Below, piece by piece: positions 11,167-23,993 of a DNA stretch of 64,000 nt (the first letter of the stretch is position 1; the number at the start of each line of letters is the position of its first letter). The stretch comes from Schizochytrium sp. TIO01 (taxonomy: Eukaryota > Protista > Bigyra: Labyrinthulomycetes). The position numbers were made by a program, and so were the translations under genes. The notes under the pieces were generated by a model. That model saw nothing but the letters and a program-made list of their open reading frames with translations, did not search any database and had not been told where the DNA came from. The stretch lies in the NCBI GenBank assembly GCA_004764695.1, contig SMSO01000035.1, positions 3,670,040 through 3,734,039 on the forward strand, in the 5' to 3' direction.

Positions 11167-13870
11167 CCTATGTCAGTGCTATACAGGTATCCGCCTGCAC
11201 AACCAAATCCCGCACAATTCCGAGTGCGAACCAACCTGCGCAGAAATTGCAGGTTTGCATTTAAGATTGGTTATGTATGCCCTTGTTCTTTTCTGAATTG
11301 GCGGCCCTTTTACTTCCCTTTGACGAGGACTGTCAAGTGCAGTTATGAGTTTGGAATCTCCAGTTGCTCAAAAGGTGGGAGCGAATCTCTCATGCATAAA
11401 CGATGGCAACTATGGTAGGTAGTGATGAGAGGAGGAGGTAGTGACATAATTGGTAGCCTACTTACTTCGTTTTCTCGTACCTAAGACCAGCTGCCAAGGA
11501 GAAACAATACTCATCTCCATCTCACTTACATACTACTTACTACCTACCTCCAAGTTTTCCTTGAGTTCTTCATGGGTACCTAGCTAGGTTGCTCCTATTC
11601 CAAACGTGAAGATAGTTGTTTTTAATCAAAGTCGACACGTGCCAGAGTCTAGGTAGGGTAGGTAGGTTCGCAAGTTTGATGCAATGAACTTGCTGAAGCA
11701 TGTTCACGCCAGGCTGCTGCACTGCCTTCTAAACGCAAGCCAGAAAGTCCAAAATATACATTTAAAGATAGAGTGACAGAGGTCAATATCTTGTTTAGGT
11801 GATGCGAAGCTATCAAAAATCAGCGAAGGAGATGGACTGTTTGTTAAATTAAATTGCTAGCTGCACTCTAGAGCCTATTACTAGGTACAAGGTAGGTACT
11901 AACCATCTCGCGAACTATAGGCAACTTACTGCTGTCATTTGTAGTTGGTTGACACCTCTACTTGGTCAACCATATGATATCACGACTATCGTCCCGAACA
12001 TTTAGTGGGTTTTCGCTTTCGAGAGATGAGTCGCACTTGAAAAGCTCATGCCTTAAACTGTATTTCGAGTTGTTTGAGCAGAGTTGAATCTACTGATAGT
12101 ATCAACTACTAGAGTGCACACTATGGCGTCTCAGACCTTTACTTTCCACCTCCAAGTCAGATTCTGACAAGAACATTGGTTTTGAACTCCGGGTCCGCCC
12201 CAGGGGACCTCCCAAGATTCTCATTCACAATTCGAGATCCTTTACACCCAGCTTGAATATGCATAAGTACACCTCTAATTGTACCTCAAGATTGTACTCG
12301 CAGGGTTCAGATGGCGCAAAGTCTTCAAATTAGAGGTTATCTATCAGATCTTCGTGCTACCGACTATTTTCTCACACCAGAGCCTTCAATCAACGAATTG
12401 TGTACCGGCAACGGTGAGGGTGAGTGAACAAGTCTTTATCGCCCTGCCGACTCGCGCCTTTTTAGCACGCAGTAGAAGAAGGCCTAGTTTACTATGGCTC
12501 TACAGTCTTTTCGCAAGAAGAAGTAGTATATGAGTTCTTATACATTAATTCCTGAGGTACTTCCCGTGTGTACACATAGCATTCTTACCATCATACGCTA
12601 GGAAGTTGGTTAGACTTTAGTCCTTCAATGGTCTCTGACCCCGACTGCAAGAGTAGAGATACTCTGTGCAAGTCAAACTGCAACAGTAGTTGACGCGTAG
12701 TTGATACAAGTTGACATTTATGATGCGGAATAGGCTTGTCGTGACAGTCATCCAGACTCAAGCTTTTACAGTCATGACGGGATGAATTTAGGGCAGTCAA
12801 TATCCTTGCACGAAGAGGTTGCATTGGAAATTTCGCAGAGGCTGCTATTTGCATCTTGCATCTTCTCAAAATATGCAAAGTATACTTTTGGTAGAAAAAT
12901 TGAGTCATCTTTCACTCCACAAGCCAAGAGTTATTAATCTGTGGCATCCTTCAATTTCGGGATTTGATCACACACTTATTACGTCACAGAAGAAATAAAA
13001 TGGTATTTATCAAAAATTAATTTCCGGTATACCTCATATGTTTTTCTCCGTGCCCATTGGTAAGATGAAATGGAAAGCGCCCCATGAATCTACAATTAAT
13101 TTGGACTCTTAGAAGAAGAGCAACATCAGATTCTCAATACGAAAAGATGAGGAGTTACAACCACATTCGTTGTCGTCATTTTCACTTCCTAGTAGAAAAT
13201 GGAAAATTAAAATTGTGGCGCTAGAAGAAACAGCGGCAGCAGCAGCAGCAGCAGTCGTTGCAGCCAATGAATAGATCTAGTATCTAGAGTCTTGAATACG
13301 CACCCTTTAATCTTCTAGAATTATATTCTCTTTACATTAGCTTCAGATTTACCAGCATGTTCCTCGGGAAGCCAGTAAACAGAGAAGACCTTAAATAATA
13401 GTAATATGTCAGTCATTGAGATAAAGAGAAATGCTACAGCCTTTTGTTATTTGGCATATTCATTTGGGCTGGACATGGTGATGTTATCCACAAGAGACGA
13501 CAAGAACATCGTCAAATTACTAGTGAGACCTAAAAGAATATCACGTCCAGTTTGTTGAGTGAGAATCACAAGAATTTCATGTTTTTGGATTTCTGTTTAT
13601 GAGGCTTGACTCAACCATGCTAGTCTTCTCCAATATACGAGCAACTCATCGTATCATTGACAAGGTATTTTCCAAATTGCAGGAGGAGTTGGAGTTTAAA
13701 TTTAAAGCAAGGTCAGGTTTCGCCTGTGTTCAAGATGATTTATCATGGAAAGCAAGTTAAGTATTTTTTTTACGAATTATTTGGTGCATGTAGTTGTTGT
13801 CGTTTCAGGGTCTGCGTATCATTATCACTGTTAAAATTTTGATTGAGGAGAAGAATGTTTTTTTGCTCTT

Positions 13871-16261
13871 CTACTCAACTTGAGCATCTACAAGTGTGAT
13901 GCGGTTACGGTCGGCAGATACATGCAACACATCGCAGGCTTCGTACTCGCGAAGACATGCGTCAAGGTGATCGGACGTGAAGCCCTTGGCAAGAATGTAT
14001 GGCTCAATGTCAGCGTAGCGGACGGAAGTCGTTTGGTGCGCTCTAGCAAAGTCAGCAATGCCTCGCAAAATGGATCCGAGGAGGTCTCCTTGGGCAGCAC
14101 CACCTTGGCGCTGAGCTGTAGGATCCTCGTCTTCTTCAAGAGAGATCTTTGAGGCGCGTACTAGGCGAATAGCCTCTTGCACATCATTTTGGCTGACAAC
14201 TGTTGAAAAACGCAGACGTGCCAGGGCTTGGGCCATGCGTAAGATACTGAGCAGCTGGCGTGCTGTAAGGAGTGCTTGTGACTCAGCCTCGCGAGCATCG
14301 GCAGCGTCCTGCTGACGCATGCTTACATATTCTTCAACGATGATGTTTGCAAGCTCTTCCGGAACATGAGGAGTAACCTTGCGAGCCTGGGAAATGTAAG
14401 CACGCAACAGGGCCGGGCGAACAGGTTCAAATTCCAACTCAGGGTGTTTTTGGTGACGGTGAACATGGGTAATGTGACGAGCAAGAGCACTATCTTGAGC
14501 CATATCAGGCACATCAAGCAGCAGAAAGAGCAGATCAAAACGAGACAGAAGAGCCGCTGGCAGGTTAATATTTTCTGCAGGGGCATAACGCTTGTTGTAA
14601 CGCCCATAAAGAGGGTTAGCAGCAGCAAGAATAGATGTACGGGCATTCAATGTGGTAGTGATTCCAGCCTTGGCGATAGAAACTGTTTGCTGTTCCATGA
14701 CTTCGTGAATTGCAGTACGATCAGAGTCATCCATTTTATCAAACTCATCAATGCAACAGATACCCATATCGGCAAGGACAAGCGCACCGCCCTCAAGCGC
14801 CACATCTCCCGTGGTCTTGTCTCGTGTTACGGCCGCTGTAAGACCAACACCACTAGAACCTTTACCCGTAGTGTAAACGCCGCGTGGTGCGATTGAAGAA
14901 ATATGTTTGAGCAGCTGAGATTTGGCAACACCAGGATCACCAACGAGGCAAACATTTATGTCGCCGCGAATGCTCATACCATCATTCATTCGTCGCGTTA
15001 CGCCACCCACAAGTTGCAGGAGCAATGCCTTTTTCACGTCTTCATGACCGAAAATCTCGGGCGCGATAGATCGTGAAAGCTTATCGTACACATTTTCGTC
15101 ATCAGCTAGCTCGTCAACCTCGTCCTCCATTTCAGGGCTGAGGTTGTCGCTCATTTGGGTATAGCTCTTTTTGTGACGAGTAATTTTCATGCAATCAAGA
15201 TAGGTATTCATAACCAGGCCAATCCTCATCTGCTGAAACGCACTAAGTTTCTCTGGCAGGAAGATACCAACAACTTCAACACTATCACCAGGGCTGCACT
15301 GGCGTGTGCAGCTGCCCTTGGCATGGATGGTCATCGATCGTGGGATGTGTCCGATGGGTACTTGGTCCGGGGCTTCTTGTATCTTAATCTCTTGAAACTT
15401 CACAAACTTGCTTCCTCGCGTTTGCAAGTGTAGACGACCCTTTTTCTTACCGCGAGCCTCCTTACACACAGGGACCTCGCACACAAATTTAGGCATGAAC
15501 TCGGTGCCAAGCACCTCCTGGTAGGTTTCAAACCCACAGTCATCACATTGGTATGTCGCCACTTGCACTACAGGTTTGACATCAGATACTCGTACAACGA
15601 TGCCTCTGATGCGAACCAAGCCTCCGATTTGTGCAGCCAGAACATTTCGCAGAGATCCAGCCTCCATTTTCCGAGGTGGTACCACGACAACCTCATACCT
15701 ACGCAGCAGCGAGGGTGGCAATCTGGCTCTTGGGTCAATATCCCCGTCACCATTCTCCTCATCTTCATCCAAAGGATCTGCCTGGTTTTCACGGCGTTCT
15801 TGATTCCTCTGCTCTTGCTCGACACGGTGCATTCTCAAAACCTCATTGATGTAGTTTTCCTGAACATCTTCCGCGGCATCGCGAATTGCGTCTGGGTCAG
15901 TTGGTTCCGGCATAAGCTTATCTGCCTGCTTCGCAAACATGTCCACATAACGCACTGTGTTCTTCATAATGCGGTCTACGAGGCCATCTTCATGAACTCT
16001 GCCTACCATGTCGTCAAGGTCGATTTGGAGCACCCGGCGCTTTCGGTTGGCGATTTCACGCAGCTGCTCGCGGTACTTGTACACGAATTGACCTGCAGAG
16101 GGCTCATCGCGGTACTCCTGCAGGAATTTTCCTAGTTCAGCCTCGTCAGCACGGTAACTAATGCGAGATCCATCAGCAGCACCGACACTATCTCTGTTAC
16201 CAGCACCAGTGCGTTGGCTAGCTTCCAGGCCGTCGCTGCCCTGTGATTCCAGAGACATCAT
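13871..16261 (-). CDS. MCM7: DNA replication licensing factor MCM7
   Basis: Walker A GDPGVAKSQ, IDEFDKM, arginine finger SRFD and C4 zinc finger. MCM7-type KFQEIKIQE..DQVPIGHIPRS and EIFGHEDVKKALLL. Confidence 0.95.
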   Translation of the reverse strand: MMSLESQGSDGLEASQRTGAGNRDSVGAADGSRISYRADEAELGKFLQEYRDEPSAGQFVYKYREQLREIANRKRRVLQIDLDDMVGRVHEDGLVDRIMKNTVRYVDMFAKQADKLMPEPTDPDAIRDAAEDVQENYINEVLRMHRVEQEQRNQERRENQADPLDEDEENGDGDIDPRARLPPSLLRRYEVVVVPPRKMEAGSLRNVLAAQIGGLVRIRGIVVRVSDVKPVVQVATYQCDDCGFETYQEVLGTEFMPKFVCEVPVCKEARGKKKGRLHLQTRGSKFVKFQEIKIQEAPDQVPIGHIPRSMTIHAKGSCTRQCSPGDSVEVVGIFLPEKLSAFQQMRIGLVMNTYLDCMKITRHKKSYTQMSDNLSPEMEDEVDELADDENVYDKLSRSIAPEIFGHEDVKKALLLQLVGGVTRRMNDGMSIRGDINVCLVGDPGVAKSQLLKHISSIAPRGVYTTGKGSSGVGLTAAVTRDKTTGDVALEGGALVLADMGICCIDEFDKMDDSDRTAIHEVMEQQTVSIAKAGITTTLNARTSILAAANPLYGRYNKRYAPAENINLPAALLSRFDLLFLLLDVPDMAQDSALARHITHVHRHQKHPELEFEPVRPALLRAYISQARKVTPHVPEELANIIVEEYVSMRQQDAADAREAESQALLTARQLLSILRMAQALARLRFSTVVSQNDVQEAIRLVRASKISLEEDEDPTAQRQGGAAQGDLLGSILRGIADFARAHQTTSVRYADIEPYILAKGFTSDHLDACLREYEACDVLHVSADRNRITLVDAQVE

Positions 16262-16526
16262 TGTGCTGTTGCGTCAATTAAAACGATGTGTATACTAATC
16301 AAGCGACTGGCTAATTCTATAAATCTCGTGCTGCGTGCGTGGGTAACTCCTACGTGCTTTGGTGCTTAGTGCAATTAAATCTGGTATGCAAGGTTGCAAA
16401 ATTCAACGCAACGAAGTTGACTGACAAATGAAGACTTGCAAAGAAGCCTATTTTCAGATCGAAGCAGAGAAGGAGAGCAAGAAACACCGCCCTGTCAACT
16501 ATTGATCTGTTCTACTCTGATCTGCT

Positions 16527-16556
16527 CGTTGTTGTTGTTGTTGTTGTTGTTGTTGT
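16527..16556. repeat. (GTT)n microsatellite upstream of MCM7
   Basis: Direct reading of the sequence. Confidence 0.85.
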
Positions 16557-18039
16557 AGATGTAGTTGTTGGTATCGTTGGTAATAATAATACCCTCTTTA
16601 TTATTATTGTTGTTGTAGATGAGGCCGTCGTTAAGTCAGTGGATGAGAGGCCCAACCCAATGAGCAGTGTGGCGACGGGCGGAGAGGCTTTTGGGCGGTC
16701 TAGGCGCCAGTGCAAGGCTGCTAAGTGGCTGCCTTCCTGCCGTGGCTGCCTGCCTGCCTGCGTGCGAGCGAGCGCGCCCGGAGACGCCGCCAACCTCAAG
16801 TGCAGAGACTGGAGTCTGCTCTGCCGTAGCTTCTATTTGAGCATCTCTGCTTATTCATTTCTGTGCATTTTTATAGTTTATTTTTAAACAACATAGTCAT
16901 TTATATAATTCTTAAACCGTGGGTTTTCTTCCATTGTTAAAATTATCATGAGTACTTTTGTCTCTTTTCAATCAGCCGTTCGCTCATTGAGAGGAAAAAA
17001 AGGATGTTCTACCCGTTCTATTCCAAATAAGATAGACAGTAACACCATTTAACTTATTGTTAGAACCACGGTTTAGAACAGATGGAACACAACCAATATA
17101 ATATAAAAGCTCCGTTCTAATATATAGAGAACAATTTTCCTTTAAATGAAAGTTTTTTTCCCTCCATTAGAGAGAAAACGGTAGTCCGTATAGGATCTAC
17201 TACTGGGGTCGATTTTTTCCCTCGCCTGCTTATTTCCTAGTTTTTTATAACTCATTTTGCATAGCACTAAATACACATAGACTAGTAGTGGCACATACTG
17301 GAATTCGTTTTCCTCCTTTGGAGCCTCCTAAAACTTTATAAAAATTAAAACCTTTATTTATAAAAAGCAAAGAAAAGCGTCTATCATGGAAAGGACCTCA
17401 GGCACTTCGAACAGGGAGGGACATGCACGCAAAAGACGTTGAATATAGGCATAAATCTAGTTCATCGCTTGTAAAATGGCCGTTTTGAGAAGCTGGTTAG
17501 CTGATCTTTAATTATTTTTTTAACCCAGTGTCTTTTCTGGCTAGTCTACATCAAGTCAATTCATAGGAAAATAACTCTAGACCTGTGCGGAATATAAATA
17601 AGAGAGCAATGCTTTGGAGATGCTTCGATGTGAACCCAGTGAGATTGCTAAAGTCGATAAATTTGATGTACAAACGTATCCGCCGCTGTATACGAAGAGA
17701 AACCCCGACACAACCGGTAGAGTGTTTGTTAGTCCATGAAAAAAACAAAAACAAAAAAAACTGCAGAAAACCTTAAATGAGTTGCAAAGTAGATGGAGCT
17801 CTCAGTGTCTTGAATGGGACCAAGTGTAGCAACGTGCAGCTGATTACAGCGTCAAGGCGTGCAATGCATTCAAAGAACACACATTAAGTTTTATGCATAC
17901 TCAAATCCACCTATGAAAATCATGTGACGCAGGGCCTACCGCAAATGTAACGAGCTGCTGTTTGCAAGAACAAAATGAAGATCAAATCAATGAGTTAACT
18001 AAATGTAAGAAATACATATTTATATATATTATAATTAAA

Positions 18040-19524
18040 TTAGAGTTTGGCAATGAGCTTGTCTTCGCCAATGTTCTTGGCAATGTGCTTGTCGCAAACA
18101 GCATTGGCGAGCGCATAGATTAGTTCGTAGTTTTCGTTCCAGATGCGAGCACCATCAGCAGGGCTCGTAGCTGCTGAGAGCACGCGGCTCAACTGGAAGC
18201 GAAGCTTCATCTCCTGCTGCTCAGGGGAGGAGCCAAAGATCATCTCGCGTCCAGTGTCCTTCCATGAAGTTTTTTGGAAGACCTTCATAGAATCACGAGC
18301 AATCTTCTGCATGAGGATGCGTCCATCACCCTCAGCAAAACTGCAGTTAAGAAGCCACGGGTTGCTCTGCATACCGGACTCGGCCATAAGGGAGTAAGAT
18401 CCAAGCTCACGCTTGAGCTTGTCGGTGAGATCAATTGCAGTCGCAACACTTCTGATCTTGGAGACAGCGATGGCCTCAACAAGCTCGTCATCCGGGATAG
18501 ACTCGGCAAGGAGAACCTTGCAAATGCGCTTTTCGACCGCAGCATTGTACGCGGTCATCATATCAAGACGGGCATCACCCTCAGCAAAGATAGCTGCAAT
18601 GTGCGGGATCTCTGAAAGGCGCGGCTGAGGGAGACCTTTGGGAGCCCAACAGACCTTGGCATCGGCATAAGCACGAGCTTTCTTGAAGATACGCTTGGCG
18701 AACTCGACAGAAGCCTCGGCGATTGCAAGTCGTCCAGTGAGAAGGCGCTGGCCGATAACCTCGAGGCGCATTTTTGTCTCGGTGGTTTGCACATACTCAT
18801 CATTGCGAATATCAGCATAGCGGCTCAGGAGGCAAGACTTATCGATCCAGACATCCTTAAAGCTCACGGTGGCATTGTCAAGATCGTTGGAGCAGACCTT
18901 GAGGCCCATGTCCTCCATGGTGACACCAGAGACCAATTCTCCTGTCTCCTCATCACGAATCTTCATGACAAAGGCGTGCGGGCCGTAGAACTTGCCTTTG
19001 ATGTTAAGATTGGCAATGACAACTGCACTTGTCGCAGTGAGACCCTGGCTAATCCAGTTCTTTTTGGCGCCATCATCGGGAGTATCAAGAAGGAATTGCT
19101 GGCGCTCCGGGCTCCAAGTTGCGGTAGTTTGCACGACAAGACCGCTGTTAACGCCGGCATACTTCTCCGTAAGGCAAAAGCAGCCAAGAGTTCCCTTTGA
19201 CTGAGCTTCGTTGAGTGCGGCAACCTGCTCGGGATTACCGAGGCCCAGAATGCTGCCAGCCCAGAGGTTAAAACTCACTGTAAAGGCCACACTCATACCT
19301 TCACCGCCGAGACCGTGGCCATTGCCAGGTGTCAGAAGAATGCGGTGTGCAGCAAAGAACCGCTCTGGGTTGTCGCGGAGATCCGTGAACTTCAGGAGAC
19401 CCTGCTTGATGAATCCCCGCAGCTGCTTCGCACGCTCCGAGTAGTGAATATCCTTTCCAAATCCCTTGGTGGCACTGATCACAGCCTGAGCCCATTCTTC
19501 ATTTGACATGTTGTCTCCAGGCAT
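18040..19524 (-). CDS. Peroxisomal acyl-CoA oxidase/dehydrogenase family flavoprotein
   Basis: GCFCLTE..AG, KNWI, G.TMEDMG.K..NDLDNA, L..GRL.IA and FAEGD (catalytic Glu position). C-terminal AKL is a PTS1. First ATG at 19524. Confidence 0.88.
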   Translation of the reverse strand: MPGDNMSNEEWAQAVISATKGFGKDIHYSERAKQLRGFIKQGLLKFTDLRDNPERFFAAHRILLTPGNGHGLGGEGMSVAFTVSFNLWAGSILGLGNPEQVAALNEAQSKGTLGCFCLTEKYAGVNSGLVVQTTATWSPERQQFLLDTPDDGAKKNWISQGLTATSAVVIANLNIKGKFYGPHAFVMKIRDEETGELVSGVTMEDMGLKVCSNDLDNATVSFKDVWIDKSCLLSRYADIRNDEYVQTTETKMRLEVIGQRLLTGRLAIAEASVEFAKRIFKKARAYADAKVCWAPKGLPQPRLSEIPHIAAIFAEGDARLDMMTAYNAAVEKRICKVLLAESIPDDELVEAIAVSKIRSVATAIDLTDKLKRELGSYSLMAESGMQSNPWLLNCSFAEGDGRILMQKIARDSMKVFQKTSWKDTGREMIFGSSPEQQEMKLRFQLSRVLSAATSPADGARIWNENYELIYALANAVCDKHIAKNIGEDKLIAKL

Positions 19525-22500
19525 TTCGACTGTCTTCAAGTAGTTTACGCTTCAAAAACCCAAGAGTACCGGTACCGCTGTGTCTTCAAGTCTCTAAGCA
19601 GCAAAACTCTGTGTCCCCGCAATTATCCTAGCTCGCCCTTTCAAGCAGCAAGCAAGTTTACGCAGACTCGATTCACAAGCCCCGACACCGCGGCCTTGCT
19701 CTGCAAATATCAATTAAGGTTTTGCTTTCGATTGTTTTGCCTTCTTCTCAGCAGCTCAAATCCAGATTCCAACAGGTCGGCCTCTGCGGAGTAACGCATT
19801 ACAGCCCCATTGAAATACCCCCCCCTCCTCGCACACACCTCGCACTCTCCCTCTCCTCTGCCCAAGATACTCCAGGCCCCGGACCCCCTCCACTGTGCGC
19901 TCGCCGCGGCGTGCGCAACGCAAATCCCTTTCGCTTTCTGCACTTCTTCTATAGCTGCCTACCTAATGCTATGTAGTGGGTACCCGCCTAGGAGTGGCTA
20001 GTCGGTGGCTAGCTACGTGCTTTGCATTCTCCAGTTCCGCTCAGAACTGTAGTACGATGCTGACGGCAGGTTCTACAGCAATCGTGCATTCCTCGCGTTG
20101 TTTCGGGTCGATTGGGCGGCCCTGTGGCCTCCGAGGTTCCTGGTCGAGGGGGCTGCTCTCACCTGAAGCTGCGGTCTCAGGCGAGTGAGTGAATTCTTCA
20201 GTTTCTTTCAACCTGGTCCCATGAGCATTTCAAGTGGACCTCAGGGCTTTCCCTCAGCAGTAGTACCTTCCTACCCCTGGCTAGCGAACGGTAGTGGACT
20301 AAGACTCACTACCTGCGGTACGCAGTAGAAGACCCATAGGGAGTGCTAGGTGGCCCCTGCCCACTGGGCGCTCTTTCGCTAAGGCTACATAGGTTCCTAA
20401 CTAGCTGGCGGCTTTCCTTTTTCTTCCTCCCTCTGTGTGTCGAACTCAGAAAGAACTAAGTAACTAAGAGAGAGCTGGCCCCGGTAGTACTTGGTTAACA
20501 GCTGCTAGCGGGCGCTTGAAAAGAAGATTATTTATAAAATGATTATTAAAAAGTTATTAGTACGAAAAACAGACGATTAATTGAAAAGTGTAAAGGAAAG
20601 AGTACTGAAAGAGCACGATATTGTAATTCTATTGGTCAATTGCAGAAGAATCATGAAAGAACTGTAAATTGCAAGTGCAAGTTGCAACTTGTAAAATCCT
20701 GTAATGCACTACGCTGAGCTTTCATGGAGTAATCCTGTGCATGGGTCCAACCCCGTATTCCTTCCCCTGGGCCTCTTTGCCACGCCCCTCCTTCGTCGCC
20801 ACGTCACTCTGACTGCATCCCGAATCCAAGCCCAAGAGCCTTTCTTGGGCGAGCAAGTTCAACTCCACTTCGGAGCCTGAATAGAGAGCCGCTTTGCTTT
20901 GCTTTGCTTTGCTTTGCATTGCACTGCACTACTCTGCTTTCTTTGGTGCCTCAACTCGCTGTGCAACAGCACTACACAGCAGTGCCGACCTAGTTTATGA
21001 GAAGGCCCAAAGTAGACACACGAAGCAAGAGTTCTCGCAGCATTTCATACGGAGGTCCTCGGAGAAGGACGCAAACACCTCCGCAGCGTTCAGCCCTTCA
21101 GCCCTCGAGCTAGACCATCGCCCAAGTCCTTTGCGAGCTCAGACTTCGCTACCGGTCAACCATGATGTAAACTTAGCCGGTATGATGATAGACTAAACGA
21201 GAGAAAGCATCATAAACGTGGCCACGTACGAGTTCCGGCACAACTTCGAGACCCACTCCACTCACTCCGGCAGGTCTAGACCAAGCCTGCGTCATGCCAG
21301 ACGAGTCGCCGCGGGGCTGATCTTCTTCGGCTTTGCCGGCCGAGAGTCGCTCTGAGGCCCGCCGTGCTCGCGAAGTGCAGGTTGTAGTAGGCGCAGAATG
21401 CAAAGCAGCGGTGTGAGCCCCAAGAACTGTGCCTCATCCCTACTAAGTAGTGTGCGCGGGACCAGCCTCGGCCAGGACTCGAGCTGCTCGAAGAAACGAC
21501 TACCTCGTGATCAGTCAGCGCCAGCTCGGGTCGTGGCGCGGGCGTAGAGGAGTCTGCCTGCCCGCACAAGGGGGGCGTTTGAGGCGGGAAACAGGGCTGA
21601 GTACTTAGTCTGTTCTAGTGCAATGGTGTGGTGTCTATTTATTCTGCACAAATGAAACGCCAATGCATGTCTAGCGCCTGCTTAGTGCTGCTGAATCCCT
21701 CATCTGGTTCGCCTTTGAATGGAATGACAGCCGCAACACAAGCTCGAGCACCTTGATTGAAAACTTGGATTAGCCTGTCTCATTCTTAATTATTTTAACT
21801 TGCTTGATTAGGATATGCGCCGATTTGAGTACGAAATAGTTGTCACAAAAACATAGCATGGCTTGGGCAAAGTCACGTACTCGTGGGCGTCGAAGCGCCA
21901 TAGAGCTAACGGCGCTGCGCTAGCATCCAATGCACTGACTCAACTCCTGGTGCAATGAACACTCAAAAGATTAATGATGACTCAATGGTTGCCTCTAGAG
22001 TTAACCATCTAGGCTACTTGTCGTTATTTTTTCAGAAATGAGCCTGGGCTTCCCAAATGGATTGAGTGTGAAAGGCAAATATGGTCGTAATCGGCCATCA
22101 ACATTTCACCTTCCACTGCCGTACAAAGCGCGACCTAGGTACCTGGTGTCTCGAAGTGCAAAGATCAGTAAGAAGCAAGAAACCTAAGAGAAACAAAAGA
22201 TGACGAAATAACTTGTGTAACAATAAAAAAAATAATATAAAAATTGCCGATTTTTTTTAAAAAAGAGATAAAAAGGTGGATAAGTTGAGAGCGCGTATAT
22301 TAAATCTTTGAACTGGGGTCTCATCAGCCTGCGAGATAGCCAACCCAAGTCAGAAGTCATTACATTTCACAAATTTAGGGACTGGGTAGGGCACTCCATC
22401 ATATTTATAACACCCAAGCCGGAACTCATGAGTAGGAAAGGCTATGCACAGGAACAGGAGCATCAGCAAAGGGCGATGATAAGAACGGCAAAAAAAGATC

Positions 22501-23875
22501 ATTCGTCGGTGCCAATAGCAGTTTTGGCTTTCGAATCTGCTCTAACATCGCCCATTCCATAGCAGGGTACGTGTAATATCAAGACCTCCGTGTCCAACGC
22601 CCAGCTCATGAATACAATCGAATGCAGCCATCTAGCCTTTCGCATGTACGCGTTTGAGATGGTCTTGTCTTTGGGCATCTCGAGACTATTTTCAACGTCT
22701 TCAAGAAATACACCTCCAAAAATTAACATCCACCATCATGCCTACACCATCCAATTGCATTTTCTACTCTTCTAAATGGTACTGTTGGACATTACGACGA
22801 ACTGAGGTTCTTGTTTGTACATATCCGATTCACTGCACCTGCGATACCTTTTTGACCTTGGCAAGATCCCCGTTGAAACGAATTGCCATCCGTGGTTTGT
22901 AATCTCCGTGGATAAGGACTATACTGGCGCGGGTGTGCAGGAATCTTGCCATGATGATAAGGAGTGAGGATGAGCGGGTGTGCATTCCTGCTGCAGTTGA
23001 TTTTTCGGAGGTTGTGGAGAGGTCTGAGGCTCGGAACGTGTGGGTTTTGTAGGTGTTGCTGTAGGTGGTCTAGGCTCTCGCCTGAGGAGATTGCGAGTAT
23101 TCGTGATATTTTGAAGAGCTCATTCCTTGTGAACAGAGATGAACTGACATTGTAGGACTTGCCTTCCTGACAGTCACGACTATGTGAGATAACTTTGCGA
23201 TGCAACTGTGAAGAACTGGTTGAGGATTAGTGGGTTCTGGAATGCAAAGTCTGTTCAGAAACCTTGATTGTAGGAGAACTAAATCTACAGAACAGGGTAT
23301 AGCAGGTACATTTTTTAATTATAAAAAAAAAAAAAAAAGTGGTTTCGATGGTAGAGTTCACTCTTTGTCTGCTTTGCACCCCTCTATAGTCTTCAGGAGA
23401 GCACATATTCTTTACTCAGAGAAGAACTTGTTCAATTCGATTTTTGTATATACTGGACGTCCAAGTATTTGGTATAATCTTAAATCTGGACAACTATGTA
23501 GACAAGCCTGGTCAGTTGTGTTGCTACAGTATAAAATGCGGAGGCCTTATCATCTATCTCAAGATAAGTGTTGGTAAACATCGGCCACCCCTCTCATATA
23601 TCAAATATCGCGGCTCTATAGATGGTTTTGCTCAAAATTTCTAGCAATGAAGTGCTTAAGAAGAGCAATTCAGACAGATACAAATCAAGCTAGTACTCTC
23701 GTGATTAGTTTATCTTGTCCAAGAAATTGCAACCCCAGCAGTAATGTTTGTTTATTTGCCCCAGAGCGAATTCCTTTATCCCTGTTATGGAGCAGACAGC
23801 ATATTGGCGTTGCTGACAGAACTCCATAAATGTAGCAGGTAGCTATGCGAAGATCCCAGCATTAATAACGTGCAC

Positions 23876-23912
23876 CATTCATTCATTCATTCATTTATTC
23901 ATTCATTCATTT
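23876..23912. repeat. (CATT)n microsatellite just upstream of the SAP-ABC-GNAT gene
   Basis: Direct reading of the sequence. Confidence 0.85.
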
Positions 23913-23993
23913 ATTGTAAACTATTGAGTCAATCTGAGACATAGCAGTGCATTTATTTACAGAACCTGTAGGCTCTTGCCAACGAGAGCACGA

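Noticed and set aside
12550-13270. Protein-like fragments on the minus strand (poly-Ala, short open stretches)
   Set aside because: Fragmentary, no recognisable family; the poly-Ala comes from a (GCA)n repeat.
13880-16135. Antisense and alternate-frame ORFs over MCM7 (and similar ones over other genes)
   Set aside because: Shadow ORFs of well-supported genes.
16912-17076. Imperfect inverted repeat (AAACCGTGG..TCT / AGAACCACGGTTT) suggesting a MITE
   Set aside because: Short and imperfect, no TSD identified, and no second copy seen in the window.
22499-23205. Minus-strand ORFs with TDG..G..G, vaguely RNase H-like
   Set aside because: No further RNase H or RT motifs in any frame examined.
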